A stretch of 64,000 nucleotides of DNA from an uncultured Gammaproteobacteria bacterium (lineage in GTDB: Bacteria; Pseudomonadota; Gammaproteobacteria; UBA9214), in assembly GCA_963748215.1 (NCBI GenBank), contig CAVVHS010000006.1, forward strand, positions 32,001 to 96,000. Reading direction: 5' to 3'. Below the pieces are notes generated by a model, which did no database searches, was not told the origin of the DNA, and was given only the letters and a program-made list of their open reading frames with translations. Each line of letters opens with the position of its first letter. Position 1 is the stretch's first letter. The position numbers and the translations under genes were made by a program. Shown in pieces: positions 31,217 through 38,629 of the stretch.

Positions 31217-31881
31217 CAGTCGACCCTGCCTTTGCTGTGCGGGACGAAGCCGATGGAGGGCTTGGTGAGTTCCGGATCAGCCATGTTCTTTACCTGACGT
31301 ACCACTGTGTCATTGGGACCGATGGCTTTGGTCTTCAGTTCCTTTTCCCAGATCCAGTCGATGGGGCCGATATCGAGCACCCGCATCATACAGGCCATCA
31401 CGCAGTAAGGTCTGCGCCCGGCGTCTATTTCATCCACACACATATTGCATTTCTTCACCAGACCGTCCATGGGATCGTACTGCGGTGCGCCATAAGGGCA
31501 GGCGGCCTCGCAGCGCCGGCAGCCGATGCACAAGGTCGAGTCGATGTCGACGATGCCGTCCTTCTTGCGCTTGAAGATCGCACCGGTCGGACAGGCCGGC
31601 AGACAGGCGGGTTCCGCGCAATGATTGCAGGACATGTTGACCTTGTAGGCATAGACGTCCGGGTATGTCCCACCCTCTATATACTGAACACGTCTGAATC
31701 GGGGGCCGGGTGCCAGACCGTTCTTGTCCTTGCAGGCGATCTCACAGGCGCGACAGCCGATGCAGTCCACATTGTTGTGGACAAATCCCAGCTGCATATC
31801 CGGGACCACGGGTGTGTAGACTTCTTTCCTGTGACGCTTGATCGCAGCCTTGATCTTTGCCTTGTCTTTCGTTGTGGCCAT
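31216..31881 (-). CDS. dmsB: Four-cluster Fe-S subunit, DmsB-like
   Basis: CIGCRACEIACK, SCNHCAEPACLPACP, CIGCRRCEAACPY, KCNMC...CVMAC. Confidence 0.9.
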   Translation of the reverse strand: MATTKDKAKIKAAIKRHRKEVYTPVVPDMQLGFVHNNVDCIGCRACEIACKDKNGLAPGPRFRRVQYIEGGTYPDVYAYKVNMSCNHCAEPACLPACPTGAIFKRKKDGIVDIDSTLCIGCRRCEAACPYGAPQYDPMDGLVKKCNMCVDEIDAGRRPYCVMACMMRVLDIGPIDWIWEKELKTKAIGPNDTVVRQVKNMADPELTKPSIGFVPHSKGRVD

Positions 31882-31904
31882 TGGTCTGTACCTTTAGTCC
31901 GATT

Positions 31905-34475
31905 TCACAGGTCACGCCGGAATACGTGTGCCCGCGAGGTGGCGAGCTGGTCCCACCCGGGACGGTGTGCAAGTTTTGTCTTGGTGATGTTTGCCAGCAC
32001 GGTGTTATAGGCAAAGGCACCCGCCGGGCTTGGCTCATCGAGGGTCAGAAAGTCCGGGTTGCCGGAGCGGTCCACGCCGTTTTCATCGAGGTCCATCCAG
32101 GCCCCTTCATAGATGATGAGCACCCCCGGCATACAACGTTCGGTGACATAGGCGGGTACAACGACCTTGCCTCGCTCATTCCAGACTTCGCAGATATCCC
32201 CCATCTTGATTCCCAGCTTTCTGGCATCCGACGCGTTTACGGTGACCTCCTGCTCGTAGGTCTCCCGCAGCCAGCTGCAATTGTTGAAAATCGAATGCGT
32301 CCGATGGCGGGGATGCGGCGAGATCAGGTGGAACGGGTATTTGTCTGTTTTCGGACTGTTCAGTGATTCCCATGGCTCGATCCACTTCGGGATAGCCGGG
32401 ATATGATAGCCGTACATGGTCTTGGTCCAGTCTGTTATCTGTGCAAGCTGGGTTGAGAGGATCTCGATCTTCCCGGAGGGGGTCTGGAAGGGCAATCCTT
32501 TCTCAATCTGGTCCTGAAACGCGACATGTGGTCGGGACAGTTTGAACTTGTAGACACCTCTGCGCTTGAATTCATCCCACGGCATGGTCACGCCCTGATG
32601 GGCCATGACCTTGTGCTCCCACCAGTCGCGCAAATAGGCCTCGTCGACATCATCCTCATACTGGAAGTAGTTACGCGTAGCCTTGGGATTGAAGTCGCGG
32701 CCAAATTCAGGGCTTATTCGATAGGCCAGTTCAGTGAAGATCTGGAGGTCGGTCTTGCTTTCCCCCAGCGGTTCGATGACTTTGGGACGATGGATGTAGT
32801 AATGCCCCTTGTACCACGGCAATGCAGCGTCGTGCCGCTCGAAATGTGTCGCCACCGGCAGCAGCACATCGGCCCAAAGCCCGGACGGTGTAATGGTGGA
32901 ATCCATGCACACCACCAGCTCCATCTTCTTGATGGCCTGCAGCTCCTTGTTGATATTGGTGAGCTGGTTCAACCAGTCGGAACCTTGCCAGAAGATACCG
33001 CGGATATTGGGGATCTGTCCGTCAGTTGCATCCTCGCGTGGCCACAGGCCGATCTCTTCGCGCTTGACATTGGGATAGTTCAAAACACAGTGCGCCCAGC
33101 GATCGGACTTGATCGACTGGAACCAGATGTTCGAGTACTTGTCGTAAGGGTAAGCGACAGCCTCCGCGTGCCAGGCTTTGCCCACACCTTCGGCGCAACC
33201 ACCCAGGATGCCGATATTGCCGGTCATGGCCTGCAGTGCCGCTGCCATACGGTTGTATTGTTCGCCGTAGGCGTTACGGCCCGGCGCCCACGAAGCCTTG
33301 AGCGCAGCCGGCTTAGTGGTCGCGTACATATGAGCGAGCTTCTTGATGTCAGCGGCTTCCACGCCGCAAATCCCTGCAGCCCATTCAGGCGTCTTGGGCT
33401 GGCCGTCGGAGTTGCCCAGGATGTAATCCTTGAACGACTCCTTGCCTCTGGCCCAGTCCGGCATGGTACCGGCGTCCATGCCCTGCACGAATCGATTGAT
33501 GAAGGACTGGTCCTGGAGATTGCTGGTGAATATATAGTGCGCCATGCCCGCCAGCATGGCCGCATCGGTATTGGGCCGGATGGGAATCCACCACGCGTCA
33601 TATACCGCGGCCGAATCCGTATATTGCGGGTCGATCAGCACGAACTTGCAGCCTTGCTGTTTGGCCATGCGCATATAATAGAACGTATTGCCGCCATGGA
33701 AGGTATAGGCCGGGTTCCAGCCCCACATGATGATCAGCTTTGAGTATGCAAAGACGTCGTCCTCGTTGCCGTCCTCAATTGTGCCGAAAGTCGTGCGCGA
33801 GCTGAAGGTGGTGCCTTGATAGGAGGGCACTGACCATGAGTTGGTACGGCATCCGAACATTCCGAGGAAACGGGCAAGCAATCCTTCGATCTGGTCGGAT
33901 TTATGCAAAACACCATAAGAGGCGCCCGCATAGCTCTGGTCGAGGAGGGCCGTGGGCCCATACTTGTTCTTGATCTCAACCATCTTGGTGGCAACATGAT
34001 CGAGTGCGGTATCCCAGGAGACACGTTTGAATCTGCCTTCGCCACGTTCCCCGACGCGCATCATGGGATACAGCAGGCGCTCCGCCGAGTAGATGCGCTG
34101 GCGGTATGAGCGGCCGCGCAGACAGGCCCTTAACTGGGGTTCTTCAAATGTGTCCTTGCCGTGTTGACCGTCTGCCTGATAGCTTCCGTCGTCGGTCGAC
34201 AGGCGGACGATGACATCACCCTTTTTGTGGGCCACCAGCATGTGACGGGAACCGCAATTGTGTGCGCAACTGGTGACTACGGTTTCGAGTTCATCATCAC
34301 GTGGATAGGGTTCGTAAGCAAAGGCCCTGGCCTGTTTCGCAGTACGCAGGTCAATAAGGCTGCCGCCGGTCAGGGTCGCGGCGCCAGCAGCAGAGGTCTT
34401 CAGGAATGACCGTCGGGTCATGTTAAGTCGTGATGCGAGCGCCTTCAGTTTATCAGGATCCATGTAGATACCCAT
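31905..34475 (-). CDS. dmsA: Tat-exported DMSO-reductase-family (DmsA-like) Mo-bisPGD catalytic subunit
   Basis: TRRSFLK; CAHNCGSRH...RACLRGRS; PIRPNTDAAM; ADVLLPVAT; RTHSIF; substrate not established. Confidence 0.88.
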   Translation of the reverse strand: MGIYMDPDKLKALASRLNMTRRSFLKTSAAGAATLTGGSLIDLRTAKQARAFAYEPYPRDDELETVVTSCAHNCGSRHMLVAHKKGDVIVRLSTDDGSYQADGQHGKDTFEEPQLRACLRGRSYRQRIYSAERLLYPMMRVGERGEGRFKRVSWDTALDHVATKMVEIKNKYGPTALLDQSYAGASYGVLHKSDQIEGLLARFLGMFGCRTNSWSVPSYQGTTFSSRTTFGTIEDGNEDDVFAYSKLIIMWGWNPAYTFHGGNTFYYMRMAKQQGCKFVLIDPQYTDSAAVYDAWWIPIRPNTDAAMLAGMAHYIFTSNLQDQSFINRFVQGMDAGTMPDWARGKESFKDYILGNSDGQPKTPEWAAGICGVEAADIKKLAHMYATTKPAALKASWAPGRNAYGEQYNRMAAALQAMTGNIGILGGCAEGVGKAWHAEAVAYPYDKYSNIWFQSIKSDRWAHCVLNYPNVKREEIGLWPREDATDGQIPNIRGIFWQGSDWLNQLTNINKELQAIKKMELVVCMDSTITPSGLWADVLLPVATHFERHDAALPWYKGHYYIHRPKVIEPLGESKTDLQIFTELAYRISPEFGRDFNPKATRNYFQYEDDVDEAYLRDWWEHKVMAHQGVTMPWDEFKRRGVYKFKLSRPHVAFQDQIEKGLPFQTPSGKIEILSTQLAQITDWTKTMYGYHIPAIPKWIEPWESLNSPKTDKYPFHLISPHPRHRTHSIFNNCSWLRETYEQEVTVNASDARKLGIKMGDICEVWNERGKVVVPAYVTERCMPGVLIIYEGAWMDLDENGVDRSGNPDFLTLDEPSPAGAFAYNTVLANITKTKLAHRPGWDQLATSRAHVFRRDL

Positions 34476-34487
34476 TCTGTTCGATGA

Positions 34488-35297
34488 TCACTGTGCTGGT
34501 TGTACGGATTCCCCGGCTATGCCGCCAAGAAAACGTGCCTCCGATTCGCTGGGCCGGTCCTTTGCCCAGTCAGGAATCTGCTCGGCGATACCGGGCCAGC
34601 TATGACGCGGGAAAGGGAAACTGGTCCGGAACCATGCGCGTCCGCCGTGGCAGCCAAAACACACATCTGCATCTTCCTGGCCAGCCTGTTCGATGGCTTC
34701 GGCATTGAGGAAATTAACCTGGTGGCGATGGGTACGGATCGCAATATGGCAGGTCAGACATGAATCACCGAAGGTTTCGCTGACTTCGAGCCACGGGCCG
34801 GGCAGCCCCATGAGCTGGTAATCAAACTTTCCATGACACATCAGGCAGGTCTTCGGATTGACCACCTTGCGCAGCGTGAAGCCGGCATCGTTGCTGGTTG
34901 GCGGGACTGGTGCCTCCTCGCGAGGGTCGTGGCCCTGATGACAGGTGTTGCACTTCATGTCCATCACCCGTTTCGCCAGCGGCGTTACCAGGTGACGCCG
35001 GTGAAAAGTCTCCTGTGGTCCTGCATAGGTGTTCAGAGTCTGGTACCACGCCAGCGCTTCACTGGCCGTAACCCCGGCCGGTGACTGTTCCAGCACCTTG
35101 CGTTCCAGTATTTCCTGATGGCAACCCAGGCACTGTTCATCGCTTGTGCTATCGATTGCCGGTTTAAAATGGCTGGGATCCCAGCGCGCGGCTTCATATG
35201 CCTCTGTATCAGGATCGGCTGCCCGGACATCTATCCAGGCAGTAATCGTGCTTACCATAGCCAGCAGCAGAAAGATGGTTACCTTGACAGTTTGCAT
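34488..35297 (-). CDS. Periplasmic pentahaem c-type cytochrome
   Basis: Signal peptide; five CxxCH (CLGCH, CNTCH, CLMCH, CLTCH, CFGCH). Confidence 0.9.
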   Translation of the reverse strand: MQTVKVTIFLLLAMVSTITAWIDVRAADPDTEAYEAARWDPSHFKPAIDSTSDEQCLGCHQEILERKVLEQSPAGVTASEALAWYQTLNTYAGPQETFHRRHLVTPLAKRVMDMKCNTCHQGHDPREEAPVPPTSNDAGFTLRKVVNPKTCLMCHGKFDYQLMGLPGPWLEVSETFGDSCLTCHIAIRTHRHQVNFLNAEAIEQAGQEDADVCFGCHGGRAWFRTSFPFPRHSWPGIAEQIPDWAKDRPSESEARFLGGIAGESVQPAQ

Positions 35298-35388
35298 CAA
35301 TCCCGTGTCCTTGAGAAAAGACAAATCAGTTCATGGCGAAAGAGATCAGAGGGTACGTCCCTGTACCCCCAGGATCCCTATTGAACCC

Positions 35389-36741
35389 TCACTCGCCCTT
35401 GGGTGGCGTCCATTCTTTCTTGCCTTCCATGCCCTGCATTCCGGACATACCGCCCATGCCTGACATGCCGGACATACCGCCCATGCCTGACATTCCGGAC
35501 ATACCGCCCATACCTGACATTCCGGACATACCGCCCATACCTGACATTCCAGACATACCACTGGCCGGATAGAAGTAGATCTGGCCCTGGGGTGTGATCT
35601 GGAAATAGCCGGACATACCGCCCATGCCACCCATGCCTCCCATGCCGGACATACCGCCCATGCCGGACATGCCGCCCATGCCGGACATGCCGCCCATGCC
35701 GGACATGCCGCCCATGCCGGACATACCGCCCATGCCACTCATACCGGACATGCCGCTAGGTACCCAGACCCACTGGCCGCCCATGCCTTGCATACCGGAC
35801 ATACCGCCCATGCCTGACATTCCGGACATACCGCCCATGCCTGACATGCCGGACATACCGCCCATGCCGGACATGCCACCCATGCCTGACATGCCGGACA
35901 TACCACCCATGCCGCTCATGCCTGACATGCCGCCCATACCGGACATCCCGCTCATACCACTGGCCGGATAGAAGTAGATCTGGCCCTGGGGTGTGATATT
36001 GAAGTAGCCGGACATACCGCCCATGCCACCCATGCCTTGCATGCCGGACATACCGCCCATGCCTGACATTCCGGACATACCGCCCATGCCACCCATGCCT
36101 TGCATACCGGACATGCCACCCATGCCGCCCATGCCTGACATACCACCCATACCGCCCATGCCACTCATGCCGGACATGCCGCCCATGCCGCTCGGCACAT
36201 AGACCCACTGGCCACTCATGCCTTGCATGCCACCCATACCGCCCATGCCTGACATACCACCCATGCCGCCCATGCCGGACATGCCACCCATGCCACCCAT
36301 GCCTGACATGCCGGACATACCACCCATGCCGCTCATGCCTGACATGCCGCCCATACCGGACATCCCGCTCATACCACTGGCCGGATAGAAGTAGATCTGG
36401 CCCTGGGGTGTGATATTGAAGTAGCCGGACATACCGCCCATGCCACCCATGCCTTGCATGCCGGACATACCACCCATGCCTTGCATGCCGGACATGCCGC
36501 CCATGCCTTGCATGCCGGACATGCCGCCCATGCCTTGCATGCCGGACATACCGCCCATGCCTTCCATGCCGGACATACCTTCCATACCGGACATACCTTC
36601 CATACCGGACATGCCTTCCATACCCGACATGCCGGCCATACCCGCCTCAGCGGAATGGACTTGCGGTGCACCGATCAGAGATCCCATTACGGTAACCAGT
36701 CCGATGATTTTCTTGAAGCGATACATTCGTGACATATTCAT
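35389..36741 (-). CDS. Secreted methionine-rich (Gly-Met-X)n repeat protein, 450 aa
   Basis: GAGGAG/AAGGAG RBS; signal peptide ending VHSA; GMS/GMG/GMQ/GME repeats with synonymous codon variation; operon strand. Confidence 0.85.
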   Translation of the reverse strand: MNMSRMYRFKKIIGLVTVMGSLIGAPQVHSAEAGMAGMSGMEGMSGMEGMSGMEGMSGMEGMGGMSGMQGMGGMSGMQGMGGMSGMQGMGGMSGMQGMGGMGGMSGYFNITPQGQIYFYPASGMSGMSGMGGMSGMSGMGGMSGMSGMGGMGGMSGMGGMGGMSGMGGMGGMQGMSGQWVYVPSGMGGMSGMSGMGGMGGMSGMGGMGGMSGMQGMGGMGGMSGMSGMGGMSGMQGMGGMGGMSGYFNITPQGQIYFYPASGMSGMSGMGGMSGMSGMGGMSGMSGMGGMSGMGGMSGMSGMGGMSGMSGMGGMSGMQGMGGQWVWVPSGMSGMSGMGGMSGMGGMSGMGGMSGMGGMSGMGGMSGMGGMGGMGGMSGYFQITPQGQIYFYPASGMSGMSGMGGMSGMSGMGGMSGMSGMGGMSGMSGMGGMSGMQGMEGKKEWTPPKGE

Positions 36742-36778
36742 ATCTTTCTCCTTCTCCTCAATAATATTCTTCTGAGTT

Positions 36779-36830
36779 AGACTGCGGTTATCCGCAGTCT
36801 GGTTTGGCACCGGCCTGGCAAACAGGCCGG
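36779..36830 (-). promoter_or_regulatory. Twin stem-loops in the leader of the Met-rich gene
   Basis: agactgcgg-ttat-ccgcagtct and ccggcctg-gcaaa-caggccgg. Confidence 0.5.
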
Positions 36831-36879
36831 GGTTTCTTTGCGCCCGCGTAGCGGGTGAGGCTGAGCAGCCAGGCGCCCT

Positions 36880-37185
36880 TCAGTCACCGGTATACCAACC
36901 ACGCATGTCATAATGGCCCGTCATGCCTGGATGGATAAACGGCGTATACCAGTTACCCTGGTCCTCGAGAAAACCGAGGCTGTTGGGGTAGGGCTTGCTT
37001 ACGCCTGTCAGTGCTTGCTGATACCAGACGTCACCCTTGATCACCTGCTTGATGACAGGTGCGTTGTTTGGACGCTCATAAGGTGTGAGACCGGCTATTG
37101 GATACTCTGCCTGCGCAACGCTCCATGCACTGAGCAGTGCAGCCGTAAGTCCGACGGACACTTTTCCCTGTCGATGATGTTTCAA
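36880..37185 (-). CDS. Small secreted Tyr/Pro/Trp-rich protein, first gene of the operon
   Basis: GGAGGAG then TTG start; signal peptide ...VAQA; YPIAGLTPYERP...DQGNWYTPFIHPGMTGHYDMRGW. Confidence 0.75.
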   Translation of the reverse strand: MKHHRQGKVSVGLTAALLSAWSVAQAEYPIAGLTPYERPNNAPVIKQVIKGDVWYQQALTGVSKPYPNSLGFLEDQGNWYTPFIHPGMTGHYDMRGWYTGD

Positions 37186-37276
37186 CTCACTCCTCCCCAC
37201 GAGTGAAAGTCACAAGATCATACCGCGCTTTGATTTTCAAAATGCGGTTTGCCTTTAACTCCCTCAAATCTAATGT

Positions 37277-37292
37277 AGCAAACTCTGAGCCA
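37277..37292 (-). promoter_or_regulatory. sigma54 -24/-12 promoter
   Basis: Minus strand TGGCTC-AGAGT-TTGCT: one mismatch to TGGCAC-N5-TTGCW, correct spacing, about 90 bp upstream of the first gene. Confidence 0.75.
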
Positions 37293-37382
37293 ATAGCCGT
37301 CAACTTCCTGCAAGGGTCTGTTGTCAAACGGGTATTAGACTGATTGGCGGGAGCCGGGTGTCGTTCGCCAGTTACTGAAATC

Positions 37383-37461
37383 TGCCAATTTGGCGAGAGA
37401 AAAGGCTGGATACACACAACCTCATTGATTTGCCTGGAGAATTATTTATGCCAAATTTGCA
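37383..37461. promoter_or_regulatory. Two putative enhancer (UAS) palindromes
   Basis: TGCCAATTTGGCG (37383-37395) and TGCCAAATTTGCA (37449-37461) upstream of the sigma54 site. Confidence 0.45.
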
Positions 37462-37570
37462 GGTGATAGTGCGTTTCGCCAGCCGGGAGTGTACAGGCTG
37501 CGCAGCATGCATTTCGACGAGATCCGGGAAGGGTGTTAAGGACTTTTCACCGGATTGTCGGGCAGGAATA

Positions 37571-38374
37571 CTAAAATAAAGGCAACAGCTCGCCGTTCCG
37601 CTTGTTAATGATCAATTCATTACGCAACCTGTAGGGTGGTATTTGGTCAACAATCTTGACAAGATAAATCCAGTTGATGTTGCGAATACCGCCCACGCCA
37701 AGCTCTGTATATCCGGACTCCAAACGCCAGTTTTCACTGATCCGCCATGCCTCTTCGATGGTGTTTACCGGCAACTTTACCCCTGCCGTGAACAGGAATT
37801 CCTGTTGTTCTTCGGCACAATCCGCTTTGGTTGCGGTGGGAAGTGGAAGGGGGTGCGCTGGCGCCAGGAGATGTAAAGCGTTGCTGCCTTCCTGTACCAG
37901 ATTCCAGCTGTAAGCCTCTAACAATTCATGTAATTGCTGCATATCTTCAGATGACACCGTCAATGTGATCGATACAGGTGCCGGTTCCTGTGCCGGTGGA
38001 GTGTCCCGTAATGGCAATAAAAGGGTGGAACCATCAGGGGCGCGCTCTACGCGCCAGCCACGCGTTTCCAGCAGGCTGCGCAGGCTTTCAAAATCGCCGG
38101 TCATCGATGGCTGCGGCACAGTGACATCGTCTGCCTCCGCTGCCTGTGGAGTGTCTCGTAACGGAAATAACAGGGTGGAACCATCAGGGGTACGCTCTAT
38201 ACGCCAGCCCCGCGTTTCCAGCAGGCTGTGCAGGCTTTCAAAATCGCCGGTCATCGATGGCTGCGGTGCAGCGACATCGCTCGCCTCCGCATTCCATGCC
38301 CATATGGCATATCCCGTCAAAGCAAGCACCAGAACCCATCGGAAAGCCTCGTGCCACCGGATCAGAATTTTCAT
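37571..38374 (-). CDS. Secreted hypothetical protein with a 50-aa tandem duplication
   Basis: Signal peptide; SLLETRGWRxERxPDGSTLLxPL twice (150-bp period, 37998-38290). Confidence 0.75.
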   Translation of the reverse strand: MKILIRWHEAFRWVLVLALTGYAIWAWNAEASDVAAPQPSMTGDFESLHSLLETRGWRIERTPDGSTLLFPLRDTPQAAEADDVTVPQPSMTGDFESLRSLLETRGWRVERAPDGSTLLLPLRDTPPAQEPAPVSITLTVSSEDMQQLHELLEAYSWNLVQEGSNALHLLAPAHPLPLPTATKADCAEEQQEFLFTAGVKLPVNTIEEAWRISENWRLESGYTELGVGGIRNINWIYLVKIVDQIPPYRLRNELIINKRNGELLPLF

Positions 38375-38629
38375 GTTATGCTCCTCAATACATTAATAAT
38401 AATTAGTTAATCGACCGCGCAGGGTATGTGCATGGCGACTTTGTTATCGACCTGGGTAGCAGGTGTCGGGCGCTCGTTATGGACGGAGCAATTGTCATGC
38501 CAGTTGCCAGGTACAAGGCAGGCATCCAAATTGAGTCGCTGCGGAACCTGACTCACACACTGGTGTATTTTCCGGTTGAGGAGGTGTCCGCTTTGGGGCT
38601 GCCAGTATCGCAGTAGCTTTTGATGTTAG

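Noticed and set aside
31905-34475. Selenocysteine, or an arsenate/nitrate/selenate reductase assignment
   Set aside because: No in-frame TGA; motifs are closest to DmsA; substrate cannot be fixed without a phylogeny.
35389-36741. CRISPR array or collagen call for the repeat
   Set aside because: The 9-bp coding periodicity has no unique spacers and there are no cas genes. Gly-X-Y periodicity is present but lacks Pro and charged pairs, so a collagen triple helix is unsupported.
35333-36775. Plus-strand MPDMPP/MPDIPP ORFs and other frames over the Met-rich repeat
   Set aside because: Antisense shadows: fragmented, with no RBS or signal peptide; synonymous variation fits the minus-strand GMx frame.
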